Position numbers and translations under genes: made by a program. Under the pieces are notes generated by a model that saw only the letters and a list, made by a program, of their open reading frames with translations, was not told the origin of the DNA and made no database searches. DNA of 64,000 bases from an uncultured bacterium (GTDB lineage Bacteria; Verrucomicrobiota; Verrucomicrobiia; Limisphaerales; UBA8199), in contig CAVVMW010000028.1 of the NCBI GenBank assembly GCA_963749495.1, positions 39,271-103,270 of the forward strand, written 5' to 3'. Shown one piece after another: positions 50,722-60,879 of this stretch (position 1 is its first letter; the number at the start of each line of letters is the position of its first letter).

Positions 50722-51750
50722 TTACTGCAGCGTCACCAGCACCAAGACCATCCCTTTTCCCTCCGCCAGGCTGCTCATCGCCTTGCCCGGAATCGCCCCT
50801 TGGGCCCTGGTCCGATCGGTGACCTTCATCGCGTGACCCGGGGTGTCAGAGGTAGTGAGCAGGTCACCAGGTGTGATCGCGCCGAAGGCAGCGTCGGCTT
50901 GAACATAGACGCGTCCGCTCAAGGCAATGTCCTGGCCATCATCCATGGCGCCTTCCTGGTGCAGGCTGATGCCCGGATGGATGCCCTTTGCCCCGCTGAC
51001 GATTCCGGCGACGCGGGTGTCATAAGCGCGGCCGCTCAGTTTGAGTTGGCCGGGATGTTCCTCGTCGATCACCATCACCGCGCCTTTATCGATGTGCCCC
51101 TCGGCAGTAGGAAATGGTTCGGCCAGGTTGCCGCCGCCGCGAATGGTCAAGGAGCAGACGGAAAAGTTGCCGCCACCCACATACGTGTTCGCCCAGTCGC
51201 CGCAGCAGTTGATATCCAAGGTGGTGCCAAGGTCCGACAGCGCCCTGCCGGGGCTGCCCCGCCGCCCCGACCAGCCAATCAACAGGTCGGCACAGCCGAT
51301 CGTGGCCGCAAAATTGTCCCCCACGGTCAGGGGGCCTTGCAGGTTGACTGAGCCACGAACGTCGAGGGTGGCCGCGGGAGTCGAGGTGCCGATGCCAACC
51401 TGGCCGCCTGGGGTGATGGCCATTAAGGAGGAGCCCCAGGAGCCTGGGGAAATACCACGGCCAGGGCTCCAGTGGTAGAACGCCGGATTGGTGATGAAGA
51501 TCTTCTCCACGTTCCGGTTCGATTCCTCACTGTTCAGAATGGTTCCGGAGGCGAACTTCTGGCGGTCCGGCTGCGTGATGGAGCCCGGGCTTTGGACGAT
51601 CTCCGCCGTGGCGTTGTCGTTGTCCATGTCCACCAGGAATTGGATCGTGTATCCGGACTGCGTCGTGTAACGGTTTTGGGTCCCGGCACTGAATCTTGCG
51701 TTCGGGCCATACCGGGCCAGAACGTTGGCTTTGAACTGGTCATAGCTCAA
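50722..51750 (-). CDS. fibre-like protein fragment with C-terminal auto-processing chaperone-like domain
   Basis: GQVGIGTSTPAATLDV repeat; LAEPF...AYDTRVAG...ALSGRV...PGDLLTTS..PGHAM; 5' end appears truncated. Confidence 0.55.
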   Translation of the reverse strand: MSYDQFKANVLARYGPNARFSAGTQNRYTTQSGYTIQFLVDMDNDNATAEIVQSPGSITQPDRQKFASGTILNSEESNRNVEKIFITNPAFYHWSPGRGISPGSWGSSLMAITPGGQVGIGTSTPAATLDVRGSVNLQGPLTVGDNFAATIGCADLLIGWSGRRGSPGRALSDLGTTLDINCCGDWANTYVGGGNFSVCSLTIRGGGNLAEPFPTAEGHIDKGAVMVIDEEHPGQLKLSGRAYDTRVAGIVSGAKGIHPGISLHQEGAMDDGQDIALSGRVYVQADAAFGAITPGDLLTTSDTPGHAMKVTDRTRAQGAIPGKAMSSLAEGKGMVLVLVTLQ

Positions 51751-51835
51751 GCCGGGATGGAGCCAGGTATCATAGGCCTCAAGGAAACCGAAGAATTATG
51801 ATGAAAGCTTTGATAGAATTCGCGGTCTCTAGGAT

Positions 51836-52663
51836 TCACGAATAGGTCCAGGATCGGGTCTGGGAGCCGATAATCGGACAGCCCGGCGCGCACCATGTCC
51901 TCGTCATAGTTGATCTCCGGCAGGTTCGTTGGAACAAAAGCTGGTTCACCAGGTACCGCGCCGCGTTGATGCCCAGCAGGTGGTTTTCTGTTTCCGACAC
52001 ATCAACCGTAGAGTCCACGTGCACGAACTCGAACTCATGCGCGTCTGCCCTCCCGGCTACCCGCCGCCCGCCAGGTATGCCGCTTCGGGTTGCCCCGCCA
52101 AGGAGATCGTTGATGATGTGGTCGCGCAGGGCGATCGAACCTCCGAACGCCGGGTCCGCCAGGTCGCCGTAGTAGCGGTAAACCAGCGGAAGGTAAAAGT
52201 GCATCAAGAAGTCATACTCTGCCTGCGCGGGTGTGCCCTTTGTGGTTCCGGCATAGCCTGGCTGCGCTTGCGGAAGGAAGACCGATGCATCGAGGCGATA
52301 CTGAATCCCGTTCGCCTGGCTGCCCGAGGCATCATCGACGAAATAGTCCAAGTAAGCCCACATCGCGAGAATCGCCACTCCCATCCACGACCCGTCCGAG
52401 TTTATAATCCCGCGGTTTTTTGCCGCTCCAAACACCGCCGCCCCGGTGCGGTCGTTGAGACTCAGCCTGGAGCTCTGGAGGTTTGTCGCCGGCTGAATCC
52501 CGCTTAGATCGATGCCGGGATTATTGAATGCGCTGCCGGGCGCGATTCTCGGCTGCATCGGCGGCTTGTTATAGAGCGGCTGCTGTCCGTTGGCCGGCCA
52601 AAGGCCCGCCAAATAGAGCGCCGGGACGATTTTGAACAATGCTTCGCGCCAGGTCTGCTTCAC
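51836..52663 (-). CDS. secreted hypothetical protein, probably truncated N-terminal part of the 50722 gene
   Basis: Signal-like N-terminus; same strand; coding character is lost near the 3' end. Confidence 0.4.
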   Translation of the reverse strand: MKQTWREALFKIVPALYLAGLWPANGQQPLYNKPPMQPRIAPGSAFNNPGIDLSGIQPATNLQSSRLSLNDRTGAAVFGAAKNRGIINSDGSWMGVAILAMWAYLDYFVDDASGSQANGIQYRLDASVFLPQAQPGYAGTTKGTPAQAEYDFLMHFYLPLVYRYYGDLADPAFGGSIALRDHIINDLLGGATRSGIPGGRRVAGRADAHEFEFVHVDSTVDVSETENHLLGINAARYLVNQLLFQRTCRRSTMTRTWCAPGCPIIGSQTRSWTYS

Positions 52664-52808
52664 ACCTGGTTAACTAAGAATCCCGCGGCCCGGATTACAG
52701 AAAAAGGAGCCAACCGTCCGTATCCCGCCTGGCGGCCCAGCGGGCGGTCAGAACCTGGCCCAGGGCTGGGCTCTCCGGGCGCCTTGCCATTCGGGCCGGA
52801 GACTGGGA

Positions 52809-54241
52809 TCACCGGACAACCTGGACAAGCCGGCCCTCGCGTATGGGGCCGGGCGGAGTGGCGGCTGGGAACTCGGGCCAATCCCAGTCCAGGCCCATGG
52901 CCTTCAACTGGGTGCGGATCAGCGCCAGGTTCCAAAGATGGGCGGTCTTGGCATACCTGGCCGTGACCACGAGTCGCCGGCCGTCGGGGGTAAAGGCCAT
53001 CCAGGTCGAGCGGTCGCCGAAGGGATCCTCGAGCCTGGCGACCGTCCGGCCAGTGGCCGCCTCCTTGAGATGGATGACACCGGGCGCCAGTTCCAGCGCC
53101 ATCAGTTTCTGGTCCGGTGAGAAGGCGACCTGGCCGGGATAGAGCACCTCGTGCTCCAGCCGGAGACTGGCCTCGAAGGTCTCGAGGTGCCGGAGTTCCC
53201 GATCCTCGGGCACGTTACGCACGCTGATGTCCCCCCGCTCGCTCAACCGCGCATAGCGCCGATAAAGACCGTCGAATGCGACAGCCCGAGTATCAGGACC
53301 CCGCCCGGACCAACTGGGCCCGTGTCCCACATCCGGCAACACCATGGCCGCTATCGCTTCGTCTCTCAGGCTGTCCTCGGTCCGGATGCGGGCCGCCTCG
53401 GCCACGGCCGCCAGGCTCTCCAACCGTTGGCCTGGTTGCCGGCTGAAACGGCGGGCTTGGGCCTGGCTGCGCAACGCCTGGAAAAGCTCCTCGCGGGCTT
53501 GCTGCTCGCTTCGGCGCGCTGTTTCCAAGGCGCTGGCCCTTTGCCGCAGGGCGAGGTCTTTCTGGTTTCGCTCCTGCCGGATTCGCACGTTATCCGCGGC
53601 CAGCACTACCACGGCCAGCAATACCGCCAGGGCCAGCACTCCGGCCAGCACGGCCAGCGCCGCAACGGCCCGGTTCCGGCGGCACCAGCGCCAGGCCCTT
53701 TGGAGCCGGCCCATCGGACGGGCCGCAATGGGTTGATCGCGTAAAAAACGGTCCAGTTCCCCAGCGAGGATTTCGGCGGTGTGATACCGGCGAGCGGGCT
53801 CCTTCTCCAGGCACTTGAGGGAGATGCCAGGTCACGCCCCTCGATGAAATCCATCGTAAAGTACGGCTGCCCTTCGGCCTCGCCCACTTCGTGAATGGCC
53901 ACGATATTGGGGTGCTGCAGGCTGGCGGCCGTCCGCGCCTCGGTCCGGAAGCGTTCGAGCGCCGCCCGGCTGGCAAATGGGCCCGAGAGGATCATTTTCA
54001 AGGCCACCTCCCGCCTCAGCGAGATCTGCCGGGCCCGATACACAACCCCCATGCCCCCTCGAGCCACCTCCCCCAGCACCTCGTAGTCGCCGAGCTTCCG
54101 GGGAAACGGCTCCTCGGGAAACCCGCCCGGCTCCAGCCGGCCTTCCTCCCCGAGCGACACCCGGACCAGGCATTCCGGGCAGTGTCCCGCCAACACCCGC
54201 TCAGGCAGCACGGCCCCGCAGAGCGTGCACCGTCCACTCAT
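52809..54241 (-). pseudogene. Ser/Thr kinase-WD40 protein, internally deleted
   Basis: RGGMGVVY, VALK, HPNIV, then jumps at RDL to LKCLEKEPARRY with a frameshift; few WD40 remnants (VAFSPD, MAFTPDG). Confidence 0.78.
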
Positions 54242-54350
54242 ACATGTCGAAAAGCTTGGAGGCGCTCGCCCCGGCCCGCTAACGCCGCTTGTTCCCGTTC
54301 CTCAGTGAATCCGAGATTATCCGTGGCCATCCGTGGTTGAATGGCCGTTT

Positions 54351-54870
54351 TCAGGAGTGCCGGCAAATCGAACTCCGCAATACCGCGATCAAATAGCGCA
54401 TTTCTTCCTCGGCATCCGCGCCGTCCGCCAGCGTGCCGGCAACCTCCCCCCGCACCATCTCCCTCAGCCGCAGCCGCAACCGGCGCACCGCCACCCCCAC
54501 CGCCCCAATGCTCATCTCCAGTTGCCCGGAAATCCTCTCGTAATCCCCCGGTTCCGCTTCGCGCGACAAGAACGGGCCGAGCAGCTCGAATTGCCTCGCC
54601 TTGCCGCTCGCCTCCGCTTCCTCTCTCAAGGCAGACAGGGCTTGGTCCATCAGGGCCAAGGCCCAGCCGCAATCAAAGAGGCCCTCCGGCGCCTCGCCAG
54701 CCGCCGGCTCGCGCAAATAGCGCCCTTCGGCCTGCTCCTGGTCCAGCGAAAAGACCGTCCGCCCCCCGCCGCGCTTGAGCGCCCTGTTCCGGTCATATTC
54801 ATTGCACAAGAACCGGTTCAAGGCCGTCAGCAGGAACGAGCGAAAGCGCCGCGATGGCCCGGGCCGCAGG
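54351..54870 (-). pseudogene. ECF sigma factor, C-terminal fragment
   Basis: RFRSFLLTALNRFL, RALKRGGG, VGVAVRRLRLRLREMVRGEV..EEEMRYL; N-terminus absent. Confidence 0.72.
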
Positions 54871-54927
54871 GAACGTGAATTTGGCTTTTCAACGAAGGCG
54901 CGTATGTTAGGGTCCATGCTTGACGCC

Positions 54928-56310
54928 ATGACAAACGGTAAGCGGATTTTCGGCACCGACGGGGTGCGTGGGACGGCGAACATCGAGCCCGTGACTGCCG
55001 AGACGGCCCTGCGGCTGGGCCGGGCGGCGGGCCATGTCTTCAGGACCCTCCAGACCCAGGCGCGCGACCGGGTGCGCCACCGCATCGTCCTGGGCAAGGA
55101 CACGCGGCTGTCCGGCTACATGCTCGAGAATGCCCTCTCCTCGGGCATTCTCTCGATGGGAGTGGACGTGCTGTTCATCGGCCCCCTGCCCACGCCCGGC
55201 GTGGCCTATGTCACGCGCAGCCTCCGGGCCGATGCCGGCATTGTCATCACCGCCTCGCACAACCCTTACGACAACAACGGCATCAAGTTCTTCCGCGCCG
55301 ACGGCTACAAGCTCGATGACAAGATCGAACAGCAGATCGAGGGCCTGGTCTTCAGCGGCGAGATCGAGAACATCCGCCCGACGGCCGATGCGATTGGCAA
55401 GGCGGTGCGCATCGAGGACGCCTTGGGCCGCTACATCGAGCACGCCAAGGCCTCGTTCCCGCGCGGCCTGGTCCTGGAGGGCCTGCGCATCGTGGTGGAC
55501 TGCGCCCACGGCGCGGCCTACAAATCTACGCCCTGCGTGCTCCGGGAGTTGGGCGCCGATGTCATCGTTTATGGCAACCAGCCCGACGGCAAGAACATCA
55601 ATCAGGAGTGCGGTTCGATGCACCCCGGCCTCCTCTGCCAGAAGGTCTGGGAGCACCGCGCCGACGTCGGCCTGGCCCATGACGGCGATGCCAACCGGGT
55701 CCTGTTGTGCGACGAGACCGGCAAGCTCATCAATGGCGACAACATCATGGCCATAACCGCCGTGGAGTTGCTGGCCCAGGGCACGCTCCGCCACAAGACC
55801 CTCGTGGCCACCGTCATGAGCAACGCCGGCCTGGACGCCCTCATCCACGAAGCCGGGGGCCGGGTCGCCCGCACTGCCGTGGGCGACAGGAGCGTCATTG
55901 ACGAAATGCTGCGCAACGACTTCAACGTCGGGGGCGAGCAGAGCGGCCACATCATCTTCCGCGATTTCAGCACCACGGGCGACGGCCTGGTCGCCGCATT
56001 GCAGGTGCTGCGCATCATGAAGGCCAAGGATGCCCCGCTCTCCCGCCTGACCCAGTGCTGGACCCGCTTTCCCCAAATCCTCACCAACGTCATGGTCCGC
56101 GAAAAACGGCCGTTCGACCAACTGGAGGGCCTGCTCCAGCTCGTGGCCCAGGCGGAAACCGAACTCAAATCCCAAGGCGGCCGCGTGCTCCTCCGCTACT
56201 CCGGCACCGAGCCCAAGGCGCGCCTGCTCGTCGAGGGCCGCGACCCCGCCGCCCTTAACCGCTGGTCAAAGCAGATTGTTGAAGCCATACGCAAGGAAGT
56301 CGGGGCGTAG
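54928..56310 (+). CDS. glmM: phosphoglucosamine mutase (four apparent D>N changes at conserved sites)
   Basis: FGTDGVRG, GKDTRLSG, TASHNP, DGDANR, GGEQSGH, RYSGTEP. Confidence 0.92.
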   Translation: MTNGKRIFGTDGVRGTANIEPVTAETALRLGRAAGHVFRTLQTQARDRVRHRIVLGKDTRLSGYMLENALSSGILSMGVDVLFIGPLPTPGVAYVTRSLRADAGIVITASHNPYDNNGIKFFRADGYKLDDKIEQQIEGLVFSGEIENIRPTADAIGKAVRIEDALGRYIEHAKASFPRGLVLEGLRIVVDCAHGAAYKSTPCVLRELGADVIVYGNQPDGKNINQECGSMHPGLLCQKVWEHRADVGLAHDGDANRVLLCDETGKLINGDNIMAITAVELLAQGTLRHKTLVATVMSNAGLDALIHEAGGRVARTAVGDRSVIDEMLRNDFNVGGEQSGHIIFRDFSTTGDGLVAALQVLRIMKAKDAPLSRLTQCWTRFPQILTNVMVREKRPFDQLEGLLQLVAQAETELKSQGGRVLLRYSGTEPKARLLVEGRDPAALNRWSKQIVEAIRKEVGA

Positions 56311-56317
56311 CACGCCT

Positions 56318-56390
56318 GACCTTTGCCGCGGCCTTTGTCGCAACAGAGCCAACCCGACAAAGGCTCCGACAAAGGTTGCGACAAAGGTCG
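56318..56390. repeat. CGACAAAGG-based 12-mer repeats (related copy at about 58668-58694)
   Basis: cgacaaaggctc cgacaaaggttg cgacaaaggtcg preceded by inverted cctttgccgcgg cctttgtcgc. Confidence 0.7.
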
Positions 56391-56638
56391 TGCCGGGCGC
56401 ATGCGGACACCGCCCCCGCCGGGCGCAACGGGATGGGAGGGCGCCTTTGCTCGGACGCATTCCGGCGTCGGTCTCCGAAGGCGCCCCAGGGCCGAAGGCC
56501 CGTCATGTGATAGCCCAGGCTGGAGCGGAGCGGAGGCCTGGGTAAGCCAAGCCCAGCGAAAACCTCCCTGGCCTGCTAAGGCCGGGACCTGTTGCCCAGG
56601 GATTCGGGCCTTGTCGCGCCCCTACAGGGGAATGGCGC

Positions 56639-58117
56639 TTAGTTTAGCGAGGCATGTTTTTTTGCGCGCTGAACCCGGCGGCGCTTGTTACGGCTCCACC
56701 GTTCGACATACTGGTCACGGGGCTTGGTCAGGCGCGGGTATTTGCTTCTCTTTTTGACGGCCCGGGGTTCCTGCCGCCCGGGACGTTCCGGCACCAAATC
56801 CGCTGCCACGATCCACAGCAACAGTTGCCACAGGCGCTTTTGTTTGGAGAGTTTGCCGGGTCCGCGCACCTGCACCAGCGCGATGGTCCACTGCCGGAAG
56901 GCGTGCATTGTGCCGGTGAAGCTGATCCGCTCCAGGTCCGCCTCGCCGGCTTTGGCGGCCTGGCCCATGATCCAGCGTAGCAGATTGTGGGTCAGCAAGA
57001 AGACCAGCAACTCCTTTTCCACCCCCTCGGGCTTGCGGCATTTGAGCTGTTCCATCTGCAAGGTGGTTTTCAAATCATCCAGGCACATCTCCAGGCGCCA
57101 GCGCTTGAGGAAGGCGGCCAGGATCTCCTGGGCTGGGTACAACTCAGGGTCCAGCAGGGTGGTTGCGACCGTTAGTTCTCGGGTGCGAAAGCCTGGCCGC
57201 TCAATCCGAATGTGGATGAGGCGCACCTCCATCGTATCGGGCACTTGGACCCACTCTTCGGGGGTGAGCAGCTTGGAAGGGGCTTTGGGTTTGTGCCACA
57301 GGAACACCGCGTCGTTGGGGCCGAGCTTTTTGATGGCCTTGCGGAAGTCCACCCGGCGGGAGCGGGCGTTGAGCCGCGCAAAGAGATCGGCGCCCAAGCC
57401 CTTGGCCCAGTGCATCATGACATAAAGGCCATAAGCGCGGTCCCCGCCCAGAATGTCGCCGGGCTGGACGTGCTGGCCCAAGCTCATCAACAGGCGCGTT
57501 TCAGCCACCTTGAGGCTGCTGGTGGCTCGGGCCAGGACCGCGCCGCTGGCCAGGTCGAAGAGCACCAGTGTCTTGAGGGTGGGGAAGCCCGGACGGGAGT
57601 GTTGGTTTGAGGAGGGAGGAAATTGGGCGCGGTTTGCAGGGGTGTCCTCCAACCGCACGGTCGAGCCGTCGGCAAACTTGATGGGCCGGCCCTGGAGCAG
57701 GGTTTGGGCGGGGGCTTGCTTGAGGGCGCTTAAAGCGCTGGCGCTGAATGCCTTCTCCAACAGGCCCAAGGATAGATTGGCCCGGGCCTGGCAGTAAGCG
57801 CTGGTGTTTTCATCGATGGGGGGCTCTTCCAGGAGGCCGAGCAGGGCCTGGACTTGGCGCACAACCTCACGGCAGGAGGTGTTGCCCTGGAACATCTGCC
57901 AAACCCAGCACCAGAAGGAACGGGCCTGGAAGAAGATCCGGTGTCGGCAGTGGGGTCCGGAGGCAGGCTTTTGGAGGAGGTCGGCGGGCAAGGCCGGAGC
58001 CAGACTTTGCTCGATGGCGGTGAGAGTGGCGCGGCCCAGGGGTTGGGCGGCGTGTTGGAGGCGGGGTCCCAGGGGAGCCAGGAAGGAGCGCCAGGGGAGG
58101 AAAAAGGGCGTGTGCAT
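56639..58117 (-). CDS. IS4-family DDE transposase (492 aa)
   Basis: Uninterrupted ORF from MHTPFF; DDE motifs as in copy 1. Confidence 0.9.
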   Translation of the reverse strand: MHTPFFLPWRSFLAPLGPRLQHAAQPLGRATLTAIEQSLAPALPADLLQKPASGPHCRHRIFFQARSFWCWVWQMFQGNTSCREVVRQVQALLGLLEEPPIDENTSAYCQARANLSLGLLEKAFSASALSALKQAPAQTLLQGRPIKFADGSTVRLEDTPANRAQFPPSSNQHSRPGFPTLKTLVLFDLASGAVLARATSSLKVAETRLLMSLGQHVQPGDILGGDRAYGLYVMMHWAKGLGADLFARLNARSRRVDFRKAIKKLGPNDAVFLWHKPKAPSKLLTPEEWVQVPDTMEVRLIHIRIERPGFRTRELTVATTLLDPELYPAQEILAAFLKRWRLEMCLDDLKTTLQMEQLKCRKPEGVEKELLVFLLTHNLLRWIMGQAAKAGEADLERISFTGTMHAFRQWTIALVQVRGPGKLSKQKRLWQLLLWIVAADLVPERPGRQEPRAVKKRSKYPRLTKPRDQYVERWSRNKRRRVQRAKKHASLN

Positions 58118-58169
58118 GTCCAGTATATATACTGGACAAGGCTTGACTTGCAAGCTAAAATTGAGGCCA

Positions 58170-58520
58170 ATGAACAAAAATCGGGGTAAGGGCACCGCCT
58201 CCTGGCAGCGGCAATACGAGCAGTTGCGGCGCCGTTTGGGCCAAATAGGCTACCTGAGCCAGGGCTCGGTGCAAGACCGCACGCGGCGCTCCGGCGGAGG
58301 TGCCGGCTACCAATGGACGCGCAAAGTCGCCCAGAAGACGGTGACCGTCTCACTGACCCAGGAACAGTTCGAGCAGATGCGCCAAGCCGTTAACCGCTAC
58401 CGGCAGGTGCGAGGGCTGTTACGGGACATGGAGCGGCTGTCCCGAATAATCATCTTCCGGAGGGCACCTCATCCCCATCGACGCAAGCGCCTCAGTGCTA
58501 AAGTTTTAGGCACTAACTAA
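58170..58520 (+). CDS. IS-borne DUF6788-like protein
   Basis: Identical to 351-701. Confidence 0.75.
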   Translation: MNKNRGKGTASWQRQYEQLRRRLGQIGYLSQGSVQDRTRRSGGGAGYQWTRKVAQKTVTVSLTQEQFEQMRQAVNRYRQVRGLLRDMERLSRIIIFRRAPHPHRRKRLSAKVLGTN

Positions 58521-58730
58521 GCGCCATTCCCCCTTCAGGGCGCAGAGATTGATGTGCTCGCAACCTGGGCCTCCGCTCGCAAGCTCGCTCCAGCCCAGGC
58601 TGTCACATCTCGGGCTTTCAGCCCGAGGAAGCGCGCACGCCCGGGGGCAGTGTTCGAATGCGCCCGGTTGCGACAAAGGCCGCGACAGAGGTTTGGCACC
58701 GGAGCCTCCGCGCTAATTTTGCCCGCCGTT

Positions 58731-59633
58731 CTACGGCACGTTCAATATCTCCGGCCTTAGCCGTCCTACGAACTGGCTGGGCATCCTGGGGTCGATCGAG
58801 CCGGGCACAGGGGCCTCCTGCGCCAGGTGGCCGTCGCAGAAGGCGGCCTGGGCCTTGTGCGCGTGGCGGAAGTGGCCGTTGGGTTGATTGGAGTTGTTGT
58901 CCACGTAATACCATTCCTCGAGCATCGGGTTGGCCGTCGAGGCGGGGGCCTGCCAGGTGTTCACCTGGGCGGCGTCGGCCAGGACCGCGGTGAGGGCGGG
59001 CCGGGCCAGCCGACCCAGGTTGACGGGCGGCTGCCCTTGAGGCGCCGACAAGTAGAGGTTGTAGCCATAGCCGTAGGTGGCGCCTTGGGCCTTGGCCTTG
59101 AAATGCGACATGAAATAGTCGAAGGCCGGGCAACGCTCGACGCCGCGTCCTCGCAGGTAGGGGTAGAGCGCCCCGGGCGTGGCATCGAAGGGGCGCTGGC
59201 CTTCCGGTCCCGGCCCGATCCAGCCAAACCAGTAAAGCTGCCCGCCGTTGGTAAAGCCCCCGCCATAGCGGAAGCAGTTGCCGCCGTTGTCGTCCCAATA
59301 CAGATTGGCCGCCAACTCGAGCTGGTGCAGGTTGCTCACGCACTGGACGCGCTGGGCCGAGGCCTTGCTCCGCGACAAGGCGGGCAGGAGCAAGCCCGCC
59401 AGGATAGCAAGAATGGCGGTGACCACCAGCAACTCGATAAGCGTGAAGGCCGCCAGGGGCGGCCTCCATGATTCTGCGACCCCGCATTGGGAGCATGGAC
59501 CTAACTGGCGGGCCCGGGCGCGAAGCGTTTTGGACTGCGGCAGTCCTCTGCCGCTGTTCAGTCCCTTGGTTGGCGACGCCAAAGCGGCAGAGGACTGCCG
59601 CAGTCCAAAACCTTGCGGGCTTCGACGCTTCAT
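58731..59633 (-). CDS. prepilin-type N-methylation / H-X9-DG protein, REP-derived leader
   Basis: [42 protein letters not shown] 2 nt after the upstream stop. Confidence 0.85.
   Translation of the reverse strand: MKRRSPQGFGLRQSSAALASPTKGLNSGRGLPQSKTLRARARQLGPCSQCGVAESWRPPLAAFTLIELLVVTAILAILAGLLLPALSRSKASAQRVQCVSNLHQLELAANLYWDDNGGNCFRYGGGFTNGGQLYWFGWIGPGPEGQRPFDATPGALYPYLRGRGVERCPAFDYFMSHFKAKAQGATYGYGYNLYLSAPQGQPPVNLGRLARPALTAVLADAAQVNTWQAPASTANPMLEEWYYVDNNSNQPNGHFRHAHKAQAAFCDGHLAQEAPVPGSIDPRMPSQFVGRLRPEILNVP
59521..59618. repeat. REP-like element (TTTTGGACTGCGGCAGTCCTC family); second copy at about 61401-61500
   Basis: ttttggactgcggcagtcctctgccgct...agcggcagaggactgccgcagtccaaaa. Confidence 0.82.
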
Positions 59634-59635
59634 GG

Positions 59636-60644
59636 TCAGTCCACCCGGACGCGGTAGAAGGCGCGAGCCGCCGGTGCGGCGGGGTCCTTCAGGACCAGAT
59701 TGGCGCCGATGCCCGCTGTGGCGGGCGAGACCGGGATCCAGGACTGGAAATCGGCCGTGCGCTCCAGGGTGTAGAGGCGGTTGGTGCGGCTCAGGAATTG
59801 CACCTGCCAGGCGCCCCGGACGAAACCGCCCGCCAGGTCCGGGGGCGGCGGCACGGTGATGCTCACCTGGATGTTGTCCAACACGCCGTGGGCCAGGAGC
59901 GAGCCGGCATACGCCGGGTCCTGCCCCGCGTCACTGTAGCTGCAGACGGCCACGTGATCGAGGCGGAAGTCCAGAAAGTTGGTCCCCAGAGTGGTGTCTG
60001 CGAGTGTCCCATAGGGCTGCCCGTTGCACGTCAGGCTCGTCCGCAGGACACGCTCGGCGGCGCTGTAGGCCAGGTCCACGTGGAACAGGTCGTTGGTGCT
60101 CAGGCCCAGCGGGGCAAAACCGCCGGACGACCAGTTGGTGCCGGTCCAGTCACAACACATGGCCGTCAGCGAAGGGCCCCAGACCCATGCCCCGCCCGGG
60201 TCGGGAAAGAAACTGAACTCGGCCAGGTCCGGTGAGTTCAGGCCGGTGCCGCGCACGAAACCGGCCTGAGTGGCCTCGGCAAGGTTGATCAGCCCCACAG
60301 ACAGGCTCGAAGGGGTTGGGTTTGGCCGGATCGATGCCGGCGGCGAAGTCGCTCAGGCGCAGGTCAAAACCGAGGCTGAAGTCCTCCTGTGCGCCCAGCA
60401 CGCTCCCGAGGGGGTGGGCGAAGTAGCTGTTGGGGCGCGAGGAATCCCAGGTGACCTCCAGGTCCTGGTTGAGCGCGTCCCACTGGAAGAGCGTGGCGTC
60501 GCCCAACGCCGTCCAGCCTCGCCCCGCGGGGTCGGCGGAGAAGTCTTCCTGGACTGTGACGGCCGCCGGGCTGTTCACCAGGGCCAAGAGCCAGCCCGCC
60601 AGGGCCGGCACGCACCAAGACCAACCAATCGCTTTCGTGTTCAT
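59636..60644 (-). CDS. secreted beta-rich protein with C-terminal FYRV tail; apparent +1 frameshift at about 60304
   Basis: Signal peptide; removing one base restores PFELSVGLINL; ends YTLERTADFQSW...RAFYRVRVD. Confidence 0.72.
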
Positions 60645-60699
60645 ACACTGATCTTTCTAATGCAAGCAGGTTTCGGTAGAGAGACCAGCGCGGGGCCTG

Positions 60700-60743
60700 A
60701 AAACAAAAAACCTTCAGACCCCGCCAAATCGGAGAATGAAGGC
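60700..60743 (-). terminator. intrinsic terminator, riboswitch expression platform
   Basis: CCTTCA...TGAAGG stem followed by TTTTTTGTTTT on the minus strand, between aptamer and CDS. Confidence 0.65.
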
Positions 60744-60879
60744 ACTCGGCGAATCCGGCTGCGCACCCGCGCCGCCGGCTGGCCTCATCCTTCTCTTGGA
60801 CGGAGAAGTGGGCCGTTTGGAGGGCGGGCCTTGCTGCCGGGCCCCGGACGCGATGCGTCGGTCAAACGGCCATGACGAG

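Larger units (their letters stand above)
56630..58529 (-). mobile_element. IS4-family insertion sequence, copy 2 (1900 bp, intact)
   Basis: Same TIRs; flanks CCCCTACAGGG (56619-56629) and CCCCTTCAGGG (58530-58540). Confidence 0.93.
56488..58624. repeat. REP-like element split by IS4 copy 2
   Basis: Left arm agggccgaaggcccg..atgtgatagcccaggctggagcg pairs with right arm cgctccagcccaggctgtcacat..cgggctttcagccc. Confidence 0.8.

Noticed and set aside
50722..52663. Prophage, suggested by the fibre/chaperone-like domain
   Set aside because: No capsid, terminase, portal or integrase genes nearby
342..58529. 58-kb composite transposon bounded by the two inverted IS4 copies
   Set aside because: Each copy has its own target duplication and its own matching REP arms, and the interval holds housekeeping genes; independent insertions explain it better
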